A stretch of 64,000 bases of DNA from Patescibacteria group bacterium (GCA_038062075.1 JBBTXY010000003.1:17589-81588); one strand, 5' to 3'; counted from the stretch's first letter, positions 28,341-38,800 are shown. Numbers and translations: made by a program. The notes: generated from the letters alone by a model not told the origin.

Positions 28341-29438
28341 ATGCAAGGGAAGAAAGTCTCCCGACGAGCTGACCATCGGTATGCTGTAATCATGGCCGGT
28401 GGGACTGGCACGCGGCTTTGGCCCTTGAGCCGTAGAGAGAAGCCGAAGCAATTTCAGCAGTTAGTGGGGGATACGACATTGCTCCAGGAAATGTACAGAC
28501 TTCTCTCAAACTCTTTTCCACCAGAACATATTTTTATTCAGACCACGCCCTCGTACCTGCATTTCGTCAAAGAACAGCTTCCGCAGGTTTCGTCGGAGCG
28601 CATTCTAGTGGAGCCTGAGATTCGAGACACGGCCCCCGCATTTGCGTATATGGCGGCACGCATCGCAGCGCTTGATGAAAAAGCGAATGTCGGCATTTTC
28701 TTTTCCGACCATCTCATCGAGACGCCCTCCCGATTTACCGCCGCAATCGAGCACGCATTCAAGGTTGTGACCGCATTTCCCGAATACATGGTACTGGTGG
28801 GTGTGTCGCCGCTTTTCCCGCATACAGGGCTTGGCTATATCCAGCTGGATCCGAAGAGGAAGGTAGGTGCCAATACCTATAGGGTGAAGTCGTTCGTCGA
28901 AAAACCCAATGCTACAGAGGCCCGCCGACTTGCGCGGTCGGATACGTATTTGTGGAACACCGGCTACAAAATCATGTCAGTGCAGAGAATGTTGCACCTG
29001 CTTTCAAGTACGAAAGAATATGCATCCGCTATACAAATGCTTAAGAAGGCCATACGAGAGGACGATGACACGGCGTTGCGCGCCGTATATACAAAGTTTA
29101 AAAAGAAATCCTTTGAGTACGTTTTCACCGAACGTGCGAAGAATCTCGCGGTTGTCCGCTCGAATATGCGGTGGTCGGATGTGGGCGATTGGGAAACAGT
29201 CCATCGAATCTTAACAAAGAAAAAGAAATCAGGCCTGCATACTGGCGGAAAAGTCATCCAGCATGATTCTAAAAATACGCTCCTTTTGAGCAATCATCGC
29301 TCCATTGTCGCCGTAGGTGTCGAGGGCTTGATTGTGGTCGAAACGGAGAATGCGGTTTTGGTGATGTCGAAATACCAAAGCCAGGACATCAAACGGACGA
29401 TAGAAAAATTGATCAAGCAGGAACCGGATCTACTCTGA
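28341..29438 (+). CDS. manC: Mannose-1-phosphate guanylyltransferase (no C-terminal cupin)
   Basis: 'YAVIMAGGTGTRLWPLSRREKPKQF'. Confidence 0.75.
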   Translation: MQGKKVSRRADHRYAVIMAGGTGTRLWPLSRREKPKQFQQLVGDTTLLQEMYRLLSNSFPPEHIFIQTTPSYLHFVKEQLPQVSSERILVEPEIRDTAPAFAYMAARIAALDEKANVGIFFSDHLIETPSRFTAAIEHAFKVVTAFPEYMVLVGVSPLFPHTGLGYIQLDPKRKVGANTYRVKSFVEKPNATEARRLARSDTYLWNTGYKIMSVQRMLHLLSSTKEYASAIQMLKKAIREDDDTALRAVYTKFKKKSFEYVFTERAKNLAVVRSNMRWSDVGDWETVHRILTKKKKSGLHTGGKVIQHDSKNTLLLSNHRSIVAVGVEGLIVVETENAVLVMSKYQSQDIKRTIEKLIKQEPDLL

Positions 29439-29444
29439 TTTTTT

Positions 29445-30401
29445 ATGAAAGAACATATATTAGTTACGGGTGGCGCGGGGTTTATCGGCTCGAATTGCGC
29501 GAATATTCTTGCTGAGAAGGGGTATGATGTTGTTGCGCTCGACAATCTGTCGCTCGGCACCGTGGCGAATCTTGAGAAGCGTGTTCGTTTCGTTGAGGGA
29601 GATGTACAAGACCCGCGCACGCTTGAGGCGATCGGTCCAGTTGCATATGTGATACATCTTGCCTCATCTTCATCTGCTCCAATGTTTGCGGACGATCTCG
29701 TAGGGAGTGTTGGGAACAACATCCTCGGGCATGTCCAAATCTTAGAATACGCACGTCGCACTGGCGCACGCAAGGTGCTCTACGCCTCTACCTCATCCAT
29801 CTACGGCAACAATCCCACGCCGCTCTCGGAAAATCAGTCTGTGACGCCTCCGAATTTTTATGCTGCCACAAAGCATAGTCAGGAAGAGCTCTCACAGGTC
29901 TATCAGCAGGTGTACGGTCTCGAGATCATCGGATTTCGCTTCATGAGCGTCTACGGTCTGCACGAGGAACATAAGGGGCGATTCGCAAATCTCGTTTCCC
30001 AGTTCATCTGGGGCATGGAACAAGGGAAGCGGCCTGTGCTCTATGGCGATGGGAGTCAGACGCGCGACTTTGTGAATGTGCGCGATGTGGTGAATGCGTT
30101 CGAGCTCGCCATAGGTACGGCCAACAGATTCGGCTCGACGGTGTTTAACGTTGGCACGACACGCGCGACATCACTTTTAGAACTAGTGCACATCATCAAT
30201 CGCGTTATGGGGACACATATCGAACCGGAACTGGTTCCCAATCCCGTCAAAGCGGGCTACATCATGGCGCAGCAAGCCGATCTCTCGAAGATCCAGAGCG
30301 AACTTGGCTATGCACCGGCGGTCGCCCTCGAGGCGGGAATTCGTGAAATCGTCTCGTATCGAAAGGGTAATCCGGTACCACCTCCTTCTTTAAGTTTTTA
30401 G
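29445..30401 (+). CDS. NAD-dependent nucleotide-sugar epimerase
   Basis: 'ILVTGGAGFIGSN', 'YAATK'. Confidence 0.75.
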   Translation: MKEHILVTGGAGFIGSNCANILAEKGYDVVALDNLSLGTVANLEKRVRFVEGDVQDPRTLEAIGPVAYVIHLASSSSAPMFADDLVGSVGNNILGHVQILEYARRTGARKVLYASTSSIYGNNPTPLSENQSVTPPNFYAATKHSQEELSQVYQQVYGLEIIGFRFMSVYGLHEEHKGRFANLVSQFIWGMEQGKRPVLYGDGSQTRDFVNVRDVVNAFELAIGTANRFGSTVFNVGTTRATSLLELVHIINRVMGTHIEPELVPNPVKAGYIMAQQADLSKIQSELGYAPAVALEAGIREIVSYRKGNPVPPPSLSF

Positions 30402-30419
30402 GGGCTAAAAAGCGAAAAC

Positions 30420-31382
30420 TTACGCGTTATAGTGCGGATTCTGGACGTCAATCAGGTGAGCCGCGCGGATGAGCTCATCAATTCCTTGTTCCATAGAAAC
30501 GGTCGTTTTGTATCCGAGGCTTCCGAGTTTTTTATATGACACGAGGTAGTCCCGCTGGTCGATATCCTTACCGACATCGGCGAAGTGAAGAAAGTAGTCG
30601 GTCTTTTTCTTGATCATCAGGCACACCTCTTCTTTGGTGAAGTTCAAACTATCGTCTCCCACGTTGTATATTTCTCCTTGCATCTTCTTGTACTGCTCGA
30701 GTGCAAAAAGAAACGCCCGCGCCATGTCGCGCACATGGATAAAGGTTCGCATAAAATGTTTTTCGTAGACGATGAGGCTTCGATCACGCACTGCGCGGTA
30801 CGTAAAATCGTTGGGCATAAGGTCAAGGCGCATCCGCGGCGAGATGCCAAAAGCGGTCGCGAATCGGAAGATGACATACTCTTTGTTTTTCTTTACGATC
30901 TCCTCGGCTTTGGTTTTCTGTCTGCCGTAGTGCGAAAGGGGGTTGAGCGGCGTCGTTTCGGTGCAGATCGCTTCTTTCATCTTTCCGTAGTTGCTTCCGG
31001 TGGAAGCGAACACGACGGGGATCTTTCTTCCAGCAGCTTCTACGAGGATCTTCGTTCCGTTCACGTTCGTGTCGTACGAAAGCTTCGGGTCTTTCTGACA
31101 CGCGGGGGCGCCCACGATCGCCGCAAGGTGAATGACCGCATCTACCCCCCGCATGGCTTTCGCAACGTCTGCTCGATTCCGGACATCCCCTCGTATGAAT
31201 TCGAGGTTTGGATGCGCGAGGACAGGAAGAAGCCCTACGCCGCCGAGGCGCAGTGAATCAAGGACGCGCACCGTGTAGCCGTTGCTCAAAAGGAGCGGGA
31301 CCAAGGACGTCCCGACATAGCCGGCGCCCCCGGTGACGAGCACGGTGTTGAATACACGCTTCTTCCGCGAAGGTCGAGCCAT
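30420..31382 (-). CDS. NAD-dependent epimerase/dehydratase
   Basis: 'VLVTGGAGYVGTSL', 'YGRQK'. Confidence 0.7.
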   Translation of the reverse strand: MARPSRKKRVFNTVLVTGGAGYVGTSLVPLLLSNGYTVRVLDSLRLGGVGLLPVLAHPNLEFIRGDVRNRADVAKAMRGVDAVIHLAAIVGAPACQKDPKLSYDTNVNGTKILVEAAGRKIPVVFASTGSNYGKMKEAICTETTPLNPLSHYGRQKTKAEEIVKKNKEYVIFRFATAFGISPRMRLDLMPNDFTYRAVRDRSLIVYEKHFMRTFIHVRDMARAFLFALEQYKKMQGEIYNVGDDSLNFTKEEVCLMIKKKTDYFLHFADVGKDIDQRDYLVSYKKLGSLGYKTTVSMEQGIDELIRAAHLIDVQNPHYNA

Positions 31383-31391
31383 GGGAGCACG

Positions 31392-32717
31392 TTATACGGA
31401 ATGAGGAGTTTTTTCAAGTCGGTGCGCATGCGTGCGCCGGAAGAGAATAAGACCGAGAAATCCGATAAGAATAAAGAACGGGAGGTAGGGCGTATTGAAA
31501 CGCGGGACAACGTTGAAGAAGCTCAAGGTGATGATATTATAAAAAATGAAAAGGAGCGCGAGGATGCCGAGCGCTCGGACATCCCCCTTGCCTTTGGTGC
31601 GTATTAGCTGGTAGAGACCGAAGAGAAAGAATGAATAGATGAAGAGGTACTGCACCGGCCTGAAATAGCGGTTGAGGGTGTCGGAATAATCGTGCTCGAT
31701 GTAACCGAGTTTTACCATCTCCACCACATTGCCGTAGAGGTAGTGCCCGGGGCGGGAGAGTATCGTATGAATGTTCTTCGCCCTGATGCGCGCGACGGCT
31801 TCGCTCGTGGTCGCAAGCGTCTCGTATTCGTAGCCGAGCTTTTTGAATTCGTTGTCGGTCAGGAACTGCGTGTTCTCGCCGCCGGAGATACTGCGCCAGA
31901 GCCAGTCGCGGAGATACCTCGTGATCTCGCCGTAGGAGAGCTCGGCGCGGACGGCGCGATAGTACAGCATGTCATTCTGCCGGCCGCTCGTGACTGCAAA
32001 GACGCCGGTGTTTGCGTAGATGTAGGATGCAAATGAAAGGGGGATCACGGCGAATACTGCGAGTGCGATGATAGTGTTGCGCATGACCTGCCACGATAGT
32101 GGCCGGGCATATATGAGATAGAAGAAGGCAATGAAGAATGGGAAGAGAACGAATTGGAACCGCACCAGCGCTTCATAGCCGAAGGCGAGTCCGAGGAGCG
32201 CGTACCAATACCATGGCGCTGCCGCGGGAGAGCGCATGATACGCACACAGAGGAGAAGGATCACGCCGAGCATGAAGATGAACAGAGGCTCTGCACCGGT
32301 TTCGTTGGTGTGGTGGCCGAGTATCGGCTGTGATGCGATGCAGATGCCGGCCACAAGTGCGATCCATGTTTCTCCGTAATGTTTTAAAATGCGATAAATG
32401 ATGAATCCGAGAAGTCCGAGAAGGAGCGCCTGCGTGAACGATGCGGCGAGAAGGGCGAGGGGCGTTTCGATGCCGAAGATCTTGTAGAAGGGCAGAAGAT
32501 AGAACGACACGCCCGGCTCACGGTAGATGCTGAACGTGACACCGTCGAGGCTGTAGCCATTTCCGAGCGAAAGATTCTTTGCGTAGGCGCTGTAATCAGC
32601 CGCATCTTTCCAGCCAGGGTCATGGATGAGTCCGAAAACGAAGAAATTTGCGATTGCGAGCGCCATCAACAAGACAAGTATCCAAATGTCTTTTGAACGG
32701 GATGTCATGGTGAGCAT
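31392..32717 (-). CDS. GT-C fold membrane glycosyltransferase (ArnT/PMT, GT39/83-like)
   Basis: Multi-TMS; 'DPGWKDAADY' first-loop acidic motif. Start trimmed to ATG 32717 to avoid overlap with divergent gene. Confidence 0.55.
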   Translation of the reverse strand: MLTMTSRSKDIWILVLLMALAIANFFVFGLIHDPGWKDAADYSAYAKNLSLGNGYSLDGVTFSIYREPGVSFYLLPFYKIFGIETPLALLAASFTQALLLGLLGFIIYRILKHYGETWIALVAGICIASQPILGHHTNETGAEPLFIFMLGVILLLCVRIMRSPAAAPWYWYALLGLAFGYEALVRFQFVLFPFFIAFFYLIYARPLSWQVMRNTIIALAVFAVIPLSFASYIYANTGVFAVTSGRQNDMLYYRAVRAELSYGEITRYLRDWLWRSISGGENTQFLTDNEFKKLGYEYETLATTSEAVARIRAKNIHTILSRPGHYLYGNVVEMVKLGYIEHDYSDTLNRYFRPVQYLFIYSFFLFGLYQLIRTKGKGDVRALGILALLFIFYNIITLSFFNVVPRFNTPYLPFFILIGFLGLILFRRTHAHRLEKTPHSV

Positions 32718-32783
32718 TAAGTATACGGCACAAGGTCTGTGGATATCCCTCAAAGACGTCTTGTTCTGTTGTATCATCCTGAC

Positions 32784-33809
32784 ATGGGAAAAATCGCATC
32801 GAAACGAGACCTTATTGTTCTTGGTGTTTTGGGAACATTTGTTCTAGGAGTTTTTTACCTGACGCCGGTCGCATCCGGAGGGCCCAATAAGCAACTGGCC
32901 CCGAAGATTTCAAATATCGCTGTGACCTATATTACCCCGTACACGGCGATCATCACGTGGGATACGGACATGCCTACGACAGGAATGGCCCACTACGGGC
33001 TCAAGGCCGGTAGTATGGGCGCGGGCGCGGGCGGCTCGCCGGGTCCCGTCACGGCTCATGCTGCGACACTGGGCAATCTCTCTCCATCAATGAAATATTA
33101 TTTTTACGTTGATGCGAGCAATCCAGTGACCAATGGATTTTCAAAATCAAAGCCGTTCTCATTTACTACGCTTACGTCCGCTCCGCGAGACGTCACCCCT
33201 CCTCCGCCACCGACGGTTACTGGTAGTGCGGCTTCAGCTTCTCAAATCAACCTGACCTGGAGCGCGTCTGCTGATATCAGCGGTATTGCGGAATATCGTG
33301 TATTCCGTAACGGACGCGTGGTCGGGATTGTTAATGGAATTACGAGAAGCTACGTTGATACAGGTCTTGGCGATGGCGGTCTTCAGCCGTCAACCACGTA
33401 CAGCTATACAGTTAATGCCGCTGATGCGGCAGGCAACTGGTCAGTGCAATCATCTCCAGTCTCGATCACAACACTTGCAGGTCCCCCCGATATAATTACG
33501 CCCACGACTCCTGCAGGGCTTGCCGTCATCTCCACCACAGCATCTTCTGCTTCGCTTTCATGGTCTCCCGCAACCGACAATGTCGCAGTCAGAGGATACA
33601 AGGTGTATCGTGATGGAGCACAAGTCGCCACTCCGGGAGGGACAAGCCATACCGACTCTGGGCTCACCGCATCAACCGCGTATAATTATATGGTCGCGGC
33701 GTATGATGCGGCAGGCAATACGTCGGCCCAATCAGCACCAATAACTGCTACGACCCTTGTAGCTCCTCCAGCCACTACGACGTCGCCGACCGCCACCAGC
33801 ACTCCCTAG
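32784..33809 (+). CDS. Membrane-anchored protein with three fibronectin-III-like repeats, Thr/Pro-rich tail
   Basis: N-terminal TM; two ~90-aa internal repeats ('..LTWSASADISGIAEYRVFRNG..' / '..LSWSPATDNVAVRGYKVYRDG..'). Confidence 0.6.
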   Translation: MGKIASKRDLIVLGVLGTFVLGVFYLTPVASGGPNKQLAPKISNIAVTYITPYTAIITWDTDMPTTGMAHYGLKAGSMGAGAGGSPGPVTAHAATLGNLSPSMKYYFYVDASNPVTNGFSKSKPFSFTTLTSAPRDVTPPPPPTVTGSAASASQINLTWSASADISGIAEYRVFRNGRVVGIVNGITRSYVDTGLGDGGLQPSTTYSYTVNAADAAGNWSVQSSPVSITTLAGPPDIITPTTPAGLAVISTTASSASLSWSPATDNVAVRGYKVYRDGAQVATPGGTSHTDSGLTASTAYNYMVAAYDAAGNTSAQSAPITATTLVAPPATTTSPTATSTP

Positions 33810-33810
33810 A

Positions 33811-33967
33811 GCATGTCTGGAAACCCGTGGTACCCAGGTAGAACTGTTTTGTTTTCGTTGCGAGACGCCTCTTCGGAGCCTGAAGTGTAGCCGAGCTACA
33901 TTGAGGGCGAGAAGAGGTGTCGAGTAGAAAACAGAACAGTTCTAGCAGGGGAGGTTTCCAGATATGC
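33811..33967. repeat. 157-bp imperfect palindrome (MITE/ERIC-like element or giant bidirectional terminator)
   Basis: Terminal inverted repeats GCATGTCTGGAAACC / GGTTTCCAGATATGC; internal matched blocks TAGAACTGTT, TTGTTTTC; central hairpin TGTAGC-cga-GCTACA. Confidence 0.6.
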
Positions 33968-33981
33968 TCTAGCACGGGCTA

Positions 33982-35301
33982 TCACTTCGCGAACACAAGG
34001 AACTTGTAGCCGAGGAAGTTGCCAAGGATCGCGGTGAGAATCGTAAAGAGGAGCGCGATGTTGGCCCACAGGGTGGTTGATATCCCTGCAGGAGCTCCGA
34101 CGATGTTCACTAATACATGGATGATGCCGAGGTTCACCAGCGCGGTTGTTGAGGTGACGGCGAAGAAACGCATGTACTGCCGTGTGCGGTTCTGGGGCGG
34201 CGTGTGGTGGAACGTCCAAAACATATTCCAGAAGAACGACTGCGAAATGACGATGGCGAAGGTAATGAGCGCGAAGAACGTCACGATAAGACCCTCGGAA
34301 ACGCCGCTTATGAAGATCAACGAATTGAAGATCGCCATGTTGAGCGTGGTATTGAAAATGCCCACGATGCCATAGCGGCTGAATTCCGCGGCACTGTGCT
34401 TGTGCAGGGGGAGAAGCGCGAGCCCCATCGCGCCGCAGACGAGCCCGGCAGGCACGACAAGAAGCAAGAATGCGATCGTAAGGGATGTGGGAATGCCGCG
34501 CTCGGTAAGGATCGCGAATATACCGAGATTGTGCAGGATCGGGATGAGGAGGACCGCGACGGCGATGCCAAGCGTTGCGATAAAATACGCGTCGCGCCGC
34601 GAGAGGCTGGTGCGGGTGCGCATGTAGAGCGCAAAAAGAGCGAGCCCCATGCTCGGACCGTCGCGAAGGAGCCGGATTGAGGTCTGTGATTCGTTCACGA
34701 GGGTGACCGGTATGAATGCGATCGAATCGCCCCTGTGTTGTGCGAGGTAGAGCACGTCCACATCAAAGGTGTACCCATCCGTCTTAAGCTCGCGGAAAAT
34801 GATTCGTCCGATGTCGGCGCGCACCCCTTTAAACCCGCACTGCGTGTCAGCGACCGGTTCGAGAAGTATCGTGTTCGCAAGCAGGGAAAAAATGACACTT
34901 GAGAGCTGGCGTTCGGGGCGTCGCTTGGTCTCGAATCTCGAATCCGGAAGGTGCCGCGAGCCGCAGACGAGATCCGCGCCCTTTGAGAATTCTTTGAGCG
35001 CGGTATCGATCGCGCTGAAGTCATAGGGCAAGTCTATGTCCGTGAAGAACACATACTCGCCTTCTGCGGCAAGCACGCCGGCGCGCACGGCCGCTCCTTT
35101 GCCGCGGTTGGCTGGCAAGGTAATAACCCGTATCGGGGCAGGTACATCCCGTAAGATCGCCGGGGTGCCGTCGGTCGAGCCATCGTCGACGAGGATGATC
35201 TCGAGGACGTCAGAACGCGATCGGACCCAACGATCCAGGTGCGTGATGGTGGCGCGGAGCTTGCCTTCGAAGTTATAGACTGGGATGACGAGCGAGATCA
35301 T
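33982..35301 (-). CDS. Polyprenol-phosphate glycosyltransferase (GT2, DPM1/ArnC/GtrB-like) fused to C-terminal GtrA-like 4-TMS domain
   Basis: 'ISLVIPVYNFEG', 'VDDGSTDGT', 'DIDL' DxD; C-terminal hydrophobic GtrA-type domain. Confidence 0.7.
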   Translation of the reverse strand: MISLVIPVYNFEGKLRATITHLDRWVRSRSDVLEIILVDDGSTDGTPAILRDVPAPIRVITLPANRGKGAAVRAGVLAAEGEYVFFTDIDLPYDFSAIDTALKEFSKGADLVCGSRHLPDSRFETKRRPERQLSSVIFSLLANTILLEPVADTQCGFKGVRADIGRIIFRELKTDGYTFDVDVLYLAQHRGDSIAFIPVTLVNESQTSIRLLRDGPSMGLALFALYMRTRTSLSRRDAYFIATLGIAVAVLLIPILHNLGIFAILTERGIPTSLTIAFLLLVVPAGLVCGAMGLALLPLHKHSAAEFSRYGIVGIFNTTLNMAIFNSLIFISGVSEGLIVTFFALITFAIVISQSFFWNMFWTFHHTPPQNRTRQYMRFFAVTSTTALVNLGIIHVLVNIVGAPAGISTTLWANIALLFTILTAILGNFLGYKFLVFAK

Positions 35302-35335
35302 ACGGAAGGCGATAGTAGCACGAATGCTCGGGCGG

Positions 35336-36793
35336 TTATTTGCGCTCCAACATGAGATACGCCGCTGCCATCCCGCTTTCGTGGTAGCCGCTGAAGAGCG
35401 CCTGCTTTTGTTCGTAGGCCTCGTGAGAGAGGAGGATTATGTCGGGGACGCCTTTTTCGATGAGGTGGAGCTGCTCCTCCCCATAGAGAATCGTCTCCGT
35501 CGGCTGCAGGTACTGGTAATACTTTGTGGTAGGGAGGAATATTACCGCTGCAGGGCTGTTGTAGATGAAAATACTCTTATTCTCCGGGAACGAAGAGAAG
35601 TATTCTATCATTTGGGCGGTACGCGTCGTGTTGTAATGTTCGGCGACCCACGATGCGTAGTTAAGCTGATAGAACTGCATGAGCGTAAGAGCGGCGACGA
35701 TAAAGATGACGCCGAACGTAGCATACGGCCGAAGATATGCGCGGCGCTGTCCTGCTGCTTCGGCAAGGACTTGCAGGGATTGCGGCATAAAGAGAAGCGC
35801 AAACACCATCGCTTGGAAAAGGTAGCGATACCATCCGGCGGTTCGTAAGTATGCGAAGAGAACCATAACGGCAAAGACGAACGCAGACTTCTCGACGAGC
35901 GATATCTGCCCTTTCTGGTAGAGCCGGATGAGAAGTCCAGCGGTCCACACGAGCATGAGCGCTGCGCAATAAAGCGGCGTCGTCTCCGTGAAGAATCCAA
36001 TGAGATTGTGCATCACGGTTTCCGGTATTGAGGCGACGCCGTAGGGATTCGCATAATAGGAAAGTATGAGGGAAGGGTCCACGTGTCCGAATTGGAGATA
36101 CATCCAGAGGGCAAGCGGTGCGATGAATGCGACGAGGGCCGCACCGATGTTCCTCACGTGCAGCGGGATGGACCGAACATGGAAGAGAAGGACGAGACCT
36201 ATCGCCGCCGGCATGAGGAGAAAGATGGGTTTTGTCGCGGCGACGAGACCTGTTGTAAGCCCAAGAAAGACGTAGTGCCAAATGCCCTCGAAGTTCCGCT
36301 CGCCGAGGCGATGGAGCGCGAGAAGCGCGAGCATCGAATAGAAAAGACCGGGGATCTCCCCGAGCACGTTCTTGCCGTTGCCATAGATGATGGGGAACGT
36401 CGCGAGGAGCGCGAGTCCGAGAAGAGCGTTACGCGATCCCGCGACGCGGACGAGAAGCACCCAGGCGGAAAGGGCAAACAGTATGATGAAAAGTACCATT
36501 GGGATGCGTGCTGCGAGAAGTGAGTTACCAAAGAGTTTGAGCGATGCCGCAACTGGTGCAATAAGCGGATAGCCGACCGTGAGGAAGTCAATCTGACGGA
36601 ACTCACCCGGTGCGACCTGGACGGTCTGCTCTCCGCGCTCACCGAACGACTGGGCGACCTGGATGTAGATACCCTCGTCATACCATGTCGGCGGGCTTTC
36701 GGTCAGGCGGTACGTCGCATAGAAGACGACGACTCCGAGGAGGCACGCGAGGATACCGACATACGCTTTCGAGGGGAGTGCCGAAGTGGGCAT
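35336..36793 (-). CDS. GT-C fold membrane glycosyltransferase (ArnT/PMT-like)
   Basis: 'TWYDEGIY' DE motif in first extracytoplasmic loop; ~12 TMS. Confidence 0.6.
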   Translation of the reverse strand: MPTSALPSKAYVGILACLLGVVVFYATYRLTESPPTWYDEGIYIQVAQSFGERGEQTVQVAPGEFRQIDFLTVGYPLIAPVAASLKLFGNSLLAARIPMVLFIILFALSAWVLLVRVAGSRNALLGLALLATFPIIYGNGKNVLGEIPGLFYSMLALLALHRLGERNFEGIWHYVFLGLTTGLVAATKPIFLLMPAAIGLVLLFHVRSIPLHVRNIGAALVAFIAPLALWMYLQFGHVDPSLILSYYANPYGVASIPETVMHNLIGFFTETTPLYCAALMLVWTAGLLIRLYQKGQISLVEKSAFVFAVMVLFAYLRTAGWYRYLFQAMVFALLFMPQSLQVLAEAAGQRRAYLRPYATFGVIFIVAALTLMQFYQLNYASWVAEHYNTTRTAQMIEYFSSFPENKSIFIYNSPAAVIFLPTTKYYQYLQPTETILYGEEQLHLIEKGVPDIILLSHEAYEQKQALFSGYHESGMAAAYLMLERK

Positions 36794-36826
36794 ACAAAGA
36801 GATTTCTATGATACCCTGCAAGCACT

Positions 36827-37726
36827 ATGGAAGCCACCGTGCGTTCGCTCGCGCGCAGAGCCGTCACGGGACTTCTCCACCTCCTTCCGAGCGGCGCGCC
36901 GCCGCGTATCTATGCCACGCTCTTCCGTGGCCCGTTGGGAAAAATAGGGAACCCGCTCATCAAGGCGCTTCTGCCGGTGCAGGTACGTCTCCCTGAAGGC
37001 CTCATCATCCTCAACCGCGAGGATCCGACCGTCTCTGCCGCGATTGCCTTCGGGGTTTTCGAACCGTATGAGACGCAGCTTTTCAGGGAAGCGGTGCGGC
37101 CCGGGATGACGGTCGTCGATATTGGTGCGAACATTGGCTACTTCACGGTGATCGCCGCCCACCTCGCGGGGAAAACGGGCCGCGTTATCGCCTTCGAACC
37201 GGCGCCGGAGAATTTTCGCGTGCTCACCGAGACGTTGAGCGTGAACGGATTCGTAACGGCACGTGCATACCAGGTGGCTATTGCAGACAAGGAAGGGACG
37301 CTGATCTTGAACCTCTTCGATTCCAACAAAGGCAAGCATTCGCTCGTCAAAGACAAGAGCGACGAGAAAGGTTTCGACGGATCGATACGCGTGAGCGCCA
37401 CGACACTCGATGCGTTCTGTGCATCGCACGATGTCGGTACGATCGATGTCATTAAGATGGACATCGAGGGCGCGGAATCACTCGCGCTCTCTGGCATGCA
37501 CCAGGCGCTCGCCGATACGAAGGTCCTTTTTATGGAATTCACGCCCTCCGCGATACGGAAAGTAAGGGATGAGCCCGAAGCAGTCCTGCGCTTCCTGCGT
37601 GAGAAAGGATTCAAAGTATCCTCGATCGAAGAGCACACGAGATCGACGCGTCCGATCGCGGACGTCCGAGCATTCATACGTTCAATACCGGATGGCGAGT
37701 GTGCAAATCTACTGTGCAAGAAATGA
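36827..37726 (+). CDS. FkbM-family methyltransferase
   Basis: 'VVDIGANIGYFT' plus 'IDVIKMDIEGAE' FkbM motifs. Confidence 0.7.
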   Translation: MEATVRSLARRAVTGLLHLLPSGAPPRIYATLFRGPLGKIGNPLIKALLPVQVRLPEGLIILNREDPTVSAAIAFGVFEPYETQLFREAVRPGMTVVDIGANIGYFTVIAAHLAGKTGRVIAFEPAPENFRVLTETLSVNGFVTARAYQVAIADKEGTLILNLFDSNKGKHSLVKDKSDEKGFDGSIRVSATTLDAFCASHDVGTIDVIKMDIEGAESLALSGMHQALADTKVLFMEFTPSAIRKVRDEPEAVLRFLREKGFKVSSIEEHTRSTRPIADVRAFIRSIPDGECANLLCKK

Positions 37727-37735
37727 CGGGTGTTT

Positions 37736-38800
37736 CTAGGCGCCGCGCTCGCGCAAAAGGCGATACCACGCGAGCATCCGCTTCAGACCTTCTTCGAGTG
37801 TCACGTCCGGTTCGTAGCCGAGTTCGGTGCGCGCCTTCGTGATGTCCGGCAGACGGCGGCTCGGATCGCCGACCGGATACCCTTCCGGATATTCCGCATG
37901 TTGGATATCAAGGGGCGATCCGTAGACGCTTTCCACCTTCTTTGCGAGGTTGTAGATGGAGATCTCTCCCTCGTCGGTCCCGATGTTATACGCTTCGCCG
38001 CTTCTTCCAAGGAGAAGGGCGCGCAGAAAACCGTTGAGACAATCGGTCGTATAGGCGAACGTACGGGTTTGCGCGCCACGATTATGGATCTCGATCGTGC
38101 TGCCGTCGAGCGCGGCATTGAGGAAATTCGGCAGAACGCGCTTGTCGTCTATTTTCATACCGGGACCGTAGGCATTGAACGGCCGCACGCTCACGACGGG
38201 GACCCCGTGCACGCGGTGATAGATCGTCGCGATGGTCTCGCCGACACGCTTCGATTCGTCGTAGCAGGCGCGCAGGCTCGTGCAGGAGACATGGCCGTGG
38301 TACTCCTCTGTGGTCGGGATGTTCTCGGGGGTCGGATCGCCGTAGATCTCGCTCGAGCTGAAGTAGAGGACGCCTTTCGCTTTCTTTGCGCGCGCCAACT
38401 CGAGCGTATGCCGCAGGCCGTCGATAGTCGCCGTCAGCGTTTCCATCGGGTATTTCGCGTAGTAGACGGGGGATGCGATCGATGCCGCGTGCATGATGTA
38501 ATCGATATTCCGCTCGGTCTCGAATGGCACGCATACGTCATGCTGTATGAATTCAAGATTCGAGTCGTCCATGGTGAAGAGCGGACTGCCCTTCACGCCG
38601 GTGATGAAATTGTCCAGCGCGATCGTGTGCACGGGCTTTGTGAAGCGCGTGCGATTGAGGTATTGCATCAGGCCGACGATATGGTTCCCCAAAAAGCCGC
38701 CAGCGCCATTGATGAGGATCGTGGTGCCTTCCAAACGGTCGGCTACGTCTCCGAGTTTGCGAGCGACTTCGGAGAATTGCGCTTCGATAAATGCGGGCAT
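37736..38800 (-). CDS. UDP-glucuronate decarboxylase-like (UXS/ArnA-C-like) extended SDR
   Basis: 'ILINGAGGFLGNH', 'ACYDESKRVGET' (cf. UXS 'ACYDEGKRVAET'), 'FNAYGP'. Confidence 0.7.
   Translation of the reverse strand: MPAFIEAQFSEVARKLGDVADRLEGTTILINGAGGFLGNHIVGLMQYLNRTRFTKPVHTIALDNFITGVKGSPLFTMDDSNLEFIQHDVCVPFETERNIDYIMHAASIASPVYYAKYPMETLTATIDGLRHTLELARAKKAKGVLYFSSSEIYGDPTPENIPTTEEYHGHVSCTSLRACYDESKRVGETIATIYHRVHGVPVVSVRPFNAYGPGMKIDDKRVLPNFLNAALDGSTIEIHNRGAQTRTFAYTTDCLNGFLRALLLGRSGEAYNIGTDEGEISIYNLAKKVESVYGSPLDIQHAEYPEGYPVGDPSRRLPDITKARTELGYEPDVTLEEGLKRMLAWYRLLRERGA

Noticed and set aside
28190-28372. 60-aa ORF in NYN-manC intergenic region
   Set aside because: No features; overlaps the probable manC promoter/leader.
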